The notes under the pieces were generated by a model. That model had not been told where the DNA came from, searched no databases, and saw only the letters and a list, made by a program, of their open reading frames with translations. Below, in pieces: positions 46,184-54,640 of a stretch of 64,000 bases of DNA. The stretch lies in contig JANRJZ010000042.1 of the NCBI GenBank assembly GCA_033763675.1, forward strand, positions 976-64,975, in the 5' to 3' direction. The DNA comes from Gemmatimonadota bacterium (GTDB lineage: Bacteria; Gemmatimonadota; Gemmatimonadetes; Gemmatimonadales; GWC2-71-9). The position numbers and the translations under genes are program-made. Every line of letters begins with the position of its first letter. Positions within the stretch are counted from its first letter, which is position 1.

Positions 46184-46296
46184 GCTGGGATAGCCCTTCC
46201 GTACAACGTCCCAAGATCCGAGGATCACACCATCAACATGCACCCGGCGTGCGTCGGTTGGCTGGTCAGCTTCACCGCCTTCGGGGCGAGGGGCTG

Positions 46297-47214
46297 ATGT
46301 CACCACCGGCGCCGGAGGTCTCGCGCGGCCCGGCAGGTGCGGGCGCCAGCGTGAAGTGTCCGAACTGCAACGCCGGCGTCGCGGCCGACCTGCCCTTCTG
46401 CGGCCAGTGTGGCACCCGGCTGACCCAGGCGCGCGCGGCGCATGCCTGCACCCGTTGCGGCCGGCTGAACGAGCAGGGCTCCAAGTTCTGCCCCGCCTGC
46501 GGGGCCGCCTTCGGCAATACCGGGCCGCAGCCCCAGGTCCCCGCCACCCCGGCCAAGAGCGGCGGGCCCGTCACGGCGCATCTGGCCCTCCTGGACCGGG
46601 GCGGGCAGGTGGCGCAGCGCTTCCCGCTGCTCAACGCCGTGACCACCCTGGGCCGACAGGGGGCGGACGTCAACTTCCCCGATGATGACTATCTCTCCCC
46701 GCTGCACGCCCAGTTCCTCCTGATCGACGGCATCCTGACCCTGCGGGACCTCGGCAGCAAGAACGGCACCTGGCTCTACCTCGACGAACCGCACAAGCTC
46801 ACCGATGGGGACCTCATCCTCCTCGGCAGCCAGATCCTCCGCTACCGCCGGCTCGGCTATCCAGGGCCGCGTCCCCCGGAGCAGGACCAGACCCGGCGCC
46901 TGGGCAGCCTGACGCCCGCCGCGGACATCGCCAACCTGGCCCAGGTCCGGGGCGATGGCAGCGCCCGGGACATCCTGACGCTCTCCCCGGGACGGTCGGT
47001 ACGGGTGGGCCGGGAACAGGGGGACTGGCAGTTCCCGTACGATTCCTCCATGAGCGCCCTGCATGCCCTGATCCGGAGCGAGGACGCCGACTTCGTCCTG
47101 GTGGATGCCGGGAGCCGGAACGGCGTGGCCGTCGCGGTGCGGGGAGAACGGCGGGTACCGCCGGGCGCGCGGCTCCTCGCCGGGGACCAGATGCTCCGCG
47201 CGGAGATCGGATGA
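46297..47214 (+). CDS. double zinc-ribbon protein with two FHA domains
   Basis: ATG at 46297 is preceded by GAGGGG; the track starts at GTG 46249. Zinc ribbons are CPNCNAGV...FCGQCG and CTRCGRLN...FCPACG. FHA1 is TLGRQGADVNF...SPLHAQF...GSKNGTW. FHA2 is VRVGREQGDW...SALHALI...GSRNGV. Confidence 0.8.
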   Translation: MSPPAPEVSRGPAGAGASVKCPNCNAGVAADLPFCGQCGTRLTQARAAHACTRCGRLNEQGSKFCPACGAAFGNTGPQPQVPATPAKSGGPVTAHLALLDRGGQVAQRFPLLNAVTTLGRQGADVNFPDDDYLSPLHAQFLLIDGILTLRDLGSKNGTWLYLDEPHKLTDGDLILLGSQILRYRRLGYPGPRPPEQDQTRRLGSLTPAADIANLAQVRGDGSARDILTLSPGRSVRVGREQGDWQFPYDSSMSALHALIRSEDADFVLVDAGSRNGVAVAVRGERRVPPGARLLAGDQMLRAEIG

Positions 47215-48932
47215 AGGTCTGCACCACCTGCGGCGCCGAGTATGGCGACGAGAAGCTGTTCTGCGAACGGGATGGCACCTCCCTCCGGAAGTCGGGAGGG
47301 GCGGGCGATCTCGTGGGCCAGGTGATTGCGGAGCGGTACCACATCACGAAGAAGCTGGGCGAGGGCGGGATGGGCCAGGTCTACCTGGCCGAGCACGTGA
47401 AGATGGGCCGCCGCTGCGCCATCAAGATCATGACCCCGGGCACGATGAGTGACCCGGACGCGATCAGCCGCTTCAACCGCGAAGCCGCCAACGCCAGCCG
47501 CATCAGCCACCCCAATGTCTGCGCGATCTACGACTTCGGCGAGACGCCCGATGGGCTGATCTACCTCGCGATGGAGTTCATCGAAGGGAAGAGCCTGAGC
47601 GGGCTGATGGAGGAGGCGGGGACCCTGCCGCTGGCGCGCGCCGCCCTGATCGTCACCCAGACCGCCGAGGCGCTGCAGGTCGCCCACGACCTCGGTATCG
47701 TCCACCGGGACCTCAAGCCTGACAACATCATGGTGATCACCGCCCGCGGGAAGGACACCGTGAAGGTGGTGGACTTCGGCATCGCGAAGGCGATCGGCGG
47801 GGACGACGGCAGCGCCCAGAAGGTCACCAAGACCGGGTTCGTGGTAGGCACGCCGGAGTACATGAGCCCGGAACAGCTCTCCGGCGACCCGGTGGACGGC
47901 CGCAGCGACAACTATTCTTTGGGCCTGGTCTTCTACAAGATGCTGACGGGGGCGAGTCCCTTCCCCGCCGACAGCCAGCAGGAGACGATGATCAAGCGGC
48001 TGACGGACGATCCGCTGCCGCTGGCGGCGGCCCGGCCCGACGTCCGCTTCCCGCCCGAGCTGCAGCGGGTCATGGACCGGGCCCTGGCGCGGAGCCCGGC
48101 GGAGCGCTATCGCACCGCGGGCGACTTCGCGCGAGACGTGAAGGGACTCTCGAGCGTCCTGACTGGACAGGTGGATGCCGAGGCCGGCACCCAGGTGGTG
48201 CGGCCGGAGGACCTCAAGGCGGCGGTGCCGGCCACCCGGGTGGATCCGGCGGCGGGCCGGGCGGTCAAGCCCGTGCCGAAGACCCCGGCGGCTTCCTCGG
48301 CCCCGGTTGCCGCTCCCGCCAGGCCACGCCTGCCGCTGGTCCCGATCACGATCGCCGTGGCCGTCCTGGCGGTGGGCGGCGGGGGCTTCGTGTTCAAGGA
48401 TGCCATCTTTGGGGCGTCGCCCGCAGATTCCGGTGCGGTACAGGACACCAGTCGGCTGGCAGGCGGGACGCCGATTGTGCCGGAGAGCATTACGGTCAAC
48501 CCCGGCGCCACGCCGGGGACCGTGGAACCGGGGGGCGGGCGGGACACTGGCACCAAGCCGCCACGGCAGGGAGGCGGCCGGCCGACGGGGGGGCAGACCA
48601 ACCCCGACGGCACCCCGGCGAACCCGGGCGGTACCACTTCCGATCCGCCGGCGACGCCGGATCATGGGGCGCTAGAGCGCCAGGTCCTGGCGTATTATGA
48701 CGACCTCGGCTTCGAGGACGATCCGAGCAAGCGCCTGGAGGCGCGGCGGTTGGGCCAGCAGGTGTTCGGCCTCACGACGATGCCCCGCCCGGTCCGGGCC
48801 AGGGCAGCGTGGCTGGTCATGCAGGGATATCTCAAAGAGGGCAACGCCGACAAGGCACGGGAGTGGCTCGATCACGCGATCGAACTGGACCCGTCTCAAC
48901 AGTCCTGGAAGACCGTCCGGGCGCAGATGTGA
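47211..48932 (+). CDS. Ser/Thr protein kinase: N-terminal Cys motif - kinase - TM - TPR-like extracytoplasmic tail
   Basis: ATGA overlap with the upstream gene. N-terminal Cys motif MKVCTTCGAEYGDEKLFCERDG. Kinase motifs GEGGMGQVY, HRDLKPDN, DFGIAK and SPEQ. TM helix LVPITIAVAVLAVGGGGFVF. Helical C-terminus. Confidence 0.9.
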   Translation: MKVCTTCGAEYGDEKLFCERDGTSLRKSGGAGDLVGQVIAERYHITKKLGEGGMGQVYLAEHVKMGRRCAIKIMTPGTMSDPDAISRFNREAANASRISHPNVCAIYDFGETPDGLIYLAMEFIEGKSLSGLMEEAGTLPLARAALIVTQTAEALQVAHDLGIVHRDLKPDNIMVITARGKDTVKVVDFGIAKAIGGDDGSAQKVTKTGFVVGTPEYMSPEQLSGDPVDGRSDNYSLGLVFYKMLTGASPFPADSQQETMIKRLTDDPLPLAAARPDVRFPPELQRVMDRALARSPAERYRTAGDFARDVKGLSSVLTGQVDAEAGTQVVRPEDLKAAVPATRVDPAAGRAVKPVPKTPAASSAPVAAPARPRLPLVPITIAVAVLAVGGGGFVFKDAIFGASPADSGAVQDTSRLAGGTPIVPESITVNPGATPGTVEPGGGRDTGTKPPRQGGGRPTGGQTNPDGTPANPGGTTSDPPATPDHGALERQVLAYYDDLGFEDDPSKRLEARRLGQQVFGLTTMPRPVRARAAWLVMQGYLKEGNADKAREWLDHAIELDPSQQSWKTVRAQM

Positions 48933-48938
48933 GGCAAC

Positions 48939-49961
48939 TTGGCTAACGTGCACATCTCCGTCTTCGGCAAGACCGACGTGGGCAAGACCCGCGACCACAA
49001 CGAGGACACCTTCCTCGTCGCGGACCTCACCCGCAAGGTCGCGTCCCTGCAGCCCGACGTGCGCGAGCACGATGTCGGGCCGCGCGGCACGCTCTTCATG
49101 GTCGCGGACGGCATGGGCGGCGCCGCCGCCGGCGAGGTGGCGAGCCGCATGGCCGCCGACCTGGTCTTCAGCCACATGTCGAGCGCCTGGGCCGAGGACA
49201 GCGATGTCAGCGCGCAGCGCTTTGCCTACCGGATGAAGGAAGCGGTGGAGCTGGCCAACAACCGGATCCACCTGCACGCCAAGGAGCATCCCGAAGTCCG
49301 CGGCATGGGCACCACCGCCACGGTGGCCGGCGTCTTCGGGAGCGATCTCTACCTGGCCCAGGTCGGGGACAGCCGGGCGTACCTGATCCGGAAGGGCGCC
49401 ATCACCCAGATCACCAAGGACCAGTCGCTCATGCAGCGACTGGTCGAGGCCGGGGAGCTCACCGAGGAGGAGGCCGAGCAGAGCGAGCGGCGGAACATCA
49501 TCCTCCAGGCCCTCGGGCCCGACCCCCGGGTCAAGGTGGACCTCACCTACCAGCCCCTCCGCCGGGGCGACCTGCTGGTGCTCTGCTCCGACGGGCTCTC
49601 CGGCCAGGTCAAGAAGGAGGAGATCGCCCAGCTGGTCGCCGAGGGCGGCGAACTGGTGGACATCTGCTCGCGGCTCATCACCCTGGCCAATGAGCGGGGC
49701 GGCCCGGACAACATCACGGCGATCGCCGCCCGCTTCGGCGGCGACGGGCTGCCCGAGCCGGACGGCAGCGCGGAAGTGGGCCACCAGGTCTATCCGCTCA
49801 CCGAGGCGGAGGCCACCACCGAGCCGGTCCCCGTCTACACCGGCAGCCCCGCCCCCGTGCCCATCAACGAGCAGCCGGCCCAGCCCCGGCGCACGGCGCT
49901 GGGGCTGCTCGCGCTGCTCGCGCTGGCCGCCGCGCTCTACCTCGCGTTCGGTGGCCGGTGA
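48939..49961 (+). CDS. PP2C-family Ser/Thr phosphatase with C-terminal TM anchor
   Basis: PP2C motifs DVGKTRDHNED, VADGMGG, VGDSRAY, CSDGL and GGPDNIT. C-terminal hydrophobic helix LGLLALLALAAALYLAF. Start is TTG 48939 or GTG 48948. Confidence 0.9.
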   Translation: MANVHISVFGKTDVGKTRDHNEDTFLVADLTRKVASLQPDVREHDVGPRGTLFMVADGMGGAAAGEVASRMAADLVFSHMSSAWAEDSDVSAQRFAYRMKEAVELANNRIHLHAKEHPEVRGMGTTATVAGVFGSDLYLAQVGDSRAYLIRKGAITQITKDQSLMQRLVEAGELTEEEAEQSERRNIILQALGPDPRVKVDLTYQPLRRGDLLVLCSDGLSGQVKKEEIAQLVAEGGELVDICSRLITLANERGGPDNITAIAARFGGDGLPEPDGSAEVGHQVYPLTEAEATTEPVPVYTGSPAPVPINEQPAQPRRTALGLLALLALAAALYLAFGGR

Positions 49962-49974
49962 CGGGCCGGCGTCC

Positions 49975-51426
49975 ATGAAAGCGCAGTTCACGTTTCTCTC
50001 CGGCGCCCGTGCGGGCCAGACCGACGTCTTCAGCCAGGCCCATATCAGCATCGGCCGGCACCCCCAATCCGAACTCCGCTTCGACGCCGACCAGGACCTC
50101 GACGTCTCGAGCCGCCATGCCTCGGTCACGCTGGTGGGCGAGTTCTACGTCCTCCGGGACCTGGGTAGCACCAACGGCACCTTCGTGAACGGCAAGAAGC
50201 TCACGGGGGATCACATGCTGGCCACCCGGGACGTGATCCGCTTCGGCCCGAGCGGCCCGCAGGTGGAGTTCACCGCCATCGGAGCCCCGCGGCCGGCGCC
50301 AGGCCCGACGCCACCGGCCAAGCCGGAGGGCACGGTGGTCTTCGGCCAGCAGCCACCCGCCCCGCCGCCACCGCCCCACCCGCAGCTCTCCCCGGAGCAG
50401 TTGCGGAGCCCCCGGCGTACCCCGGGGCCCGGCACGCAGACCAAGGTCCGCATGGAAGTCCGGCGCCAGACCAAGGGGCTCCGGACCACCACCATCGGGC
50501 TGTTCGCCCTGCTGCTCGTGCTGTCCGGCGCCTATCTCTGGCAGGTCCGGGCGGCCGACCAGGCGCTCGCCGACCAGCGGCGGGTGCTGCTCGGACAGGT
50601 GGACAGCCTGATGCAGGAGATCGGTGCCATCGCGCAGGGCAACGAGGGCCTGCGGGCGGCCCTCGACTCCTCCCAGGTCGAGGCGGAGCGGCTGCGGCAG
50701 CTGCTGGCCAACGCGCCGGACCAGGACCGGATGGCGGAGCTGCGCGCCCGGCTGGAACAGGCGCTCCGGCAGCAGCGTTCCCTCGCCGGTGCGGCCTCCG
50801 TGGATGCACGCGGGATTGCCGCGGCCAATCGGGACGCGGTTGCCCTGGTGTTCGTGGAGTTTCCGGACGGGCGGGTCATCACCGGCACCGCCTTCGCGGT
50901 CCGATCCGATCCGAACGGCGGGCTGCTGATTACCAACAAGCACGTGGTGGTGGACTCCAACGGCACCGTTGCCAGCCGGCTGGGAGTGGTGTTCGAGGGC
51001 TCCCGGCAGAATTTCCGCGCCGACCTGGTCCGGGTGTCGCCGGATGCAGATGTCGCGCTGATCCGGGCCTCGGTGCATCGGGGCTTCCCGGTCGTGAAGT
51101 CGCTGGCGGACAGCGGCCGGGTGGTGGAAGTGGGCGAGCCGAGCGCGGTGCTCGGCTTTCCGCTGGGTCTCGACCTCGCGGGCGGGCAGGATTGGAGCCA
51201 GGTGGGGGTGGCGAGCACGCTCACCCTGGGCACCGTGTCCCGGACCCTCCCCGACCTGGTGCAACTGGACAGCTACGGCGCCCAGGGCGCGAGCGGCAGT
51301 CCCATCTTCGACCGCAACGGCAACGTCATCGCGGTGCTCTACGGCGGCCAGCCCGGCAGCGACGGCCGTATCCTCTACGGTGTACCGATTCGCTTCGCCC
51401 ACCGGCTGCTCTCCAATAGCGATTAA
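49975..51426 (+). CDS. FHA domain - TM - coiled coil - trypsin-like (S1) serine protease
   Basis: ATG at 49975 is in frame within track ORF 49690..51426.
- FHA domain: ISIGRHPQSELRF...SSRHASV...GSTNGTFVNG
- Pro-rich linker, then TM helix TTIGLFALLLVLSGAYLW
- Heptad-like region: LADQRRVLLGQVDSLMQEIG...
- Candidate catalytic triad: ITNKHVV, ADVALIR, GASGSPIF. Confidence 0.8.
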   Translation: MKAQFTFLSGARAGQTDVFSQAHISIGRHPQSELRFDADQDLDVSSRHASVTLVGEFYVLRDLGSTNGTFVNGKKLTGDHMLATRDVIRFGPSGPQVEFTAIGAPRPAPGPTPPAKPEGTVVFGQQPPAPPPPPHPQLSPEQLRSPRRTPGPGTQTKVRMEVRRQTKGLRTTTIGLFALLLVLSGAYLWQVRAADQALADQRRVLLGQVDSLMQEIGAIAQGNEGLRAALDSSQVEAERLRQLLANAPDQDRMAELRARLEQALRQQRSLAGAASVDARGIAAANRDAVALVFVEFPDGRVITGTAFAVRSDPNGGLLITNKHVVVDSNGTVASRLGVVFEGSRQNFRADLVRVSPDADVALIRASVHRGFPVVKSLADSGRVVEVGEPSAVLGFPLGLDLAGGQDWSQVGVASTLTLGTVSRTLPDLVQLDSYGAQGASGSPIFDRNGNVIAVLYGGQPGSDGRILYGVPIRFAHRLLSNSD

Positions 51427-51457
51427 CTCCCCCGGGTGAGGGGGGTCACCGCCAGAA

Positions 51458-54400
51458 ATGGCCCCACATCCCATGATGGACGGGATGCCCCCCCGCCCCA
51501 TGGCTGTCCTGCGCGCGAAGATGGACCGCCTCCTGAGTCGCGCCGCGCTCGGGGGGGCACTGCTGTTCGTGGCCGGTGTCGGCGCCGGCACCTGGTGGGC
51601 CTTGGACCAGATCCATGAGGCGGTACGGCAATCGGTGCAGACCGGCCTCACCACCGTCCTTGCCAATGCGCGCGAGGCCACCCACCACTGGGTCACTCGA
51701 CAGCAGGTGCTGGTTGCCGGGCTCGCCTCGGACCGTGGACTCAGCCGGGCGGTGGAGCGGCTGCAGGATCCTCGTGCCACGGCACGGGCAGCCGGGGACG
51801 CCATCAGCACCATCAGCACCACCCTGGAGCCCGCTGTCCGCGCCAGCAGCCTCCAGGGGTTCTGGATCCTCACCCCGGATGGCTACCCGCTCTATCGCTC
51901 GCCCGACACCCTCCCGGCCGACCTTCCGGTCGCCATGCAGGAGCCGTTCGAACGAGCCCTCGACGGCCTCCCCACCCTCAGCTCCTTCGCGACCGACACG
52001 CTGCGGCCCGGGCCCGTTGCCGCCCTGGCGCCCATCCGGGACGCGCACGGCCAGCCGATCGCGGCGCTGGCCCTGGCCCTGCCCGCCCGCACGGAACTGG
52101 AGCAGATCGCCGCCCAGAGCCATCACCGGGCGCTGGGCCAGGTCTATTTCTTTGACCGCACCGGGCGGATTCTCGGGACCAGCATGGCGCCGGAGCCCTG
52201 GAGGGACGAGGCCCGCCTGGTGGACCCCCGCACCGGGCGGTTCACCCGGATGGCCCTGGCGGCCATCGCGGGGGGCAGCGACCTCGATCTCGACGGCTAC
52301 ACCGATCACCACGGAGAGCGGGTCGTCGGGGCCTGGGAGTGGGACCCCCAACTGGGCATCGGCATCGCGGTCGAAACCCGCGCCGCGGACGCCTACCACG
52401 TCGTCGAGACGGCGCGGCGTGCCCTGCTGGCGGCGCTGGCCATCACGCTGTTGCTCTTCCTCGCGGTGCTCGCCAGCGTCACCCAGGCCCGGCGCCGGGC
52501 GCTGGCCCTCACGGCGCTGCAGCATCGCCTGGCGGCGGTGCTCGAGTCCACCACCGACCCGGTCTGTTTCGCCGATGAACTCGGCACCCCCATCTACCTC
52601 AACGAGGCCGGCCGGGTGCTCCTGGTGGGCCCCCACGGCTCACCGTCCGCCGCGATCTCGGCGGCGCGGCTGCTGCTGCGGCCGGAGGCGCGGGAGGCGG
52701 CGCAGCGCCATGGCACCTGGAGCGGCGAGAGCACCCTGCTCACCGCCGATGGCCGCGACCTCACCCTCTCCCAGGTGCTCATCTGCCACCGCACCGACGC
52801 CGGCGTGGTGGACTTCTACTCCACCTTGGCGCGGGACATCACCGACCGGAAGCAGCTCGAGCGCCGGCTGTCGGAGGAAAAGGAGCGGGCCGAGGTGACC
52901 CTGGGCTCGATCGGTGACGCGGTGATCCGGACCGATGCCGCCGGCCAGATCGAGTACCTGAACCCGGTGGCCGAGGAGCTCCTCGGCTGCCCGGCGTCGG
53001 AGCTGGAAGGCCGCGGGATCTCCTCCGTCCTGACCCTCGCACACGAGTCCACCCGGGAGCCGCTGGAGAATCCCGTGGAGACGGCCATCCGGGAGCGGCG
53101 GGTCGTGGGCCGGTCCAATTTCTCCCTCCTTGTCCGCCCCGATGGCCGCGAGTTCGCGATCGACGAGAGCGCTGCCCCCATTACCGGCGGCGACGGCGAG
53201 ATCCTCGGCGCCGTGTTCATCTTCCACGACGTGAGTCGGGCCCGGAGCCTGGCGCGGCAGCTGGCGCACCAGGCCAGCCACGACTTTCTGACCGGCCTGG
53301 TCAACCGGCACGAGTTCGAGCGGCGGGTGGGGCGGGCTCTCACCCGGGCGCAGCAGGATGGGGTGACGCATGCCCTCTGTTTCCTCGACCTGGACCAGTT
53401 CAAGGTGGTGAACGACACTTGCGGGCACGTCGCCGGGGACGAGCTGCTCCGGCAGCTGGCGCAGGCCCTGACTCGCAAGGTGCGCCGCCGGGATACCCTG
53501 GCCCGGCTGGGCGGCGATGAGTTCGGGGTGCTGCTGGAACACTGCGTACCCGGCCAGGCCAGCCGGGTCGCCCAGGACCTGCTGGCCACGATCCAGGAGT
53601 TCCGGTTCTCGTGGGAGGGGAAGCCCTTTGCCCTGGGGGTCAGTATCGGGGTGGTGCCGATCACGGCCGAAAGCGAGAGCCTCGCGACCATTCTCCGCGA
53701 CGCCGACGCCGCCTGCTACGCCGCCAAGGAGCGGGGCCGCAACCGGGTGCATATCTACGAGACCAACGATGTGGAGCTGGCGGTGCGCCAGGGCGAGATG
53801 CAGTGGGTCAGCCGGATCACCAGCGCCCTGGAGGAACACCGCTTCCGGCTCTATGGCCAGCCGATCGTCCCCCTCATCACCCGGCCCGGGGAGCCGCAGC
53901 GGGTGGAGGTGCTGCTGCGGATGGTGGACCATGACGGGACGCTGATCGCCCCGGGGGCATTCATCCCCGCGGCCGAGCGCTACAACCTGATGGGGGCGGT
54001 GGATCGCTGGGTGGTGCGGGAAGTGACGGCGCTGTATGAACGGGCGGGCGCGCAGGGCGCCGTCCCCATCGCCTCGATCAACCTCTCCGGGGCCTCCCTT
54101 GGCGATCCGACGATGCTGACCTTCGTCCGGGAGCAGCTGGCGCGGCATGCCCTGAGCCCCGCCACCCTCTGTTTCGAGATCACCGAGACGGCCGCGATCG
54201 CCAACCTCGGCCTCGCGGCGCATTTCATCCGTGAGCTCAAGGCCATGGGATGCTGGTTCGCCCTGGACGACTTCGGCAGCGGCATGTCGTCCTTCGCCTA
54301 CCTGCAGAGCCTGCCGGTGGACGCACTCAAGATCGCCGGGGCGTTCCTCCGCCACATCGAGACCGATCCGGTCGAGCACGCCATGGTGGAGGCGATCACC

Positions 54401-54640
54401 CGGGTGGGCCACGTGATGCGGCTCAAGGTGGTGGCCGAAGGGGTGGAGAACTTGGACACGCTGGCCACGCTGCGGGCCATCGGCGTAGACTACGCGCAGG
54501 GTTTCGCCATTGCGGAGCCGAGCCCGCTGGAGCCGCTGGTGCTCGGCCCCGGGCTCAAGGTGCTGGGCGGCGGAGCAGCAGGGCGCCGAGGGCCAGCATC
54601 CCCCCCAGGATCACCACGCTCCAGGCCAGCCATCGCCTGA
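51458..54640 (+). CDS. membrane sensor diguanylate cyclase/phosphodiesterase (periplasmic Cache-like - PAS x2 - GGDEF - EAL)
   Basis: Two TM helices flank a loop of about 280 aa. There are two PAS-like regions. The GGDEF domain (RLGGDEFGVLL) has an RxxD I-site 5 residues upstream (RRRDTLARLGGDEF). The EAL domain carries EVLLR, EITET, DDFGSGMSS, EGVE and QGF. Confidence 0.9.
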   Translation: MAPHPMMDGMPPRPMAVLRAKMDRLLSRAALGGALLFVAGVGAGTWWALDQIHEAVRQSVQTGLTTVLANAREATHHWVTRQQVLVAGLASDRGLSRAVERLQDPRATARAAGDAISTISTTLEPAVRASSLQGFWILTPDGYPLYRSPDTLPADLPVAMQEPFERALDGLPTLSSFATDTLRPGPVAALAPIRDAHGQPIAALALALPARTELEQIAAQSHHRALGQVYFFDRTGRILGTSMAPEPWRDEARLVDPRTGRFTRMALAAIAGGSDLDLDGYTDHHGERVVGAWEWDPQLGIGIAVETRAADAYHVVETARRALLAALAITLLLFLAVLASVTQARRRALALTALQHRLAAVLESTTDPVCFADELGTPIYLNEAGRVLLVGPHGSPSAAISAARLLLRPEAREAAQRHGTWSGESTLLTADGRDLTLSQVLICHRTDAGVVDFYSTLARDITDRKQLERRLSEEKERAEVTLGSIGDAVIRTDAAGQIEYLNPVAEELLGCPASELEGRGISSVLTLAHESTREPLENPVETAIRERRVVGRSNFSLLVRPDGREFAIDESAAPITGGDGEILGAVFIFHDVSRARSLARQLAHQASHDFLTGLVNRHEFERRVGRALTRAQQDGVTHALCFLDLDQFKVVNDTCGHVAGDELLRQLAQALTRKVRRRDTLARLGGDEFGVLLEHCVPGQASRVAQDLLATIQEFRFSWEGKPFALGVSIGVVPITAESESLATILRDADAACYAAKERGRNRVHIYETNDVELAVRQGEMQWVSRITSALEEHRFRLYGQPIVPLITRPGEPQRVEVLLRMVDHDGTLIAPGAFIPAAERYNLMGAVDRWVVREVTALYERAGAQGAVPIASINLSGASLGDPTMLTFVREQLARHALSPATLCFEITETAAIANLGLAAHFIRELKAMGCWFALDDFGSGMSSFAYLQSLPVDALKIAGAFLRHIETDPVEHAMVEAITRVGHVMRLKVVAEGVENLDTLATLRAIGVDYAQGFAIAEPSPLEPLVLGPGLKVLGGGAAGRRGPASPPGSPRSRPAIA

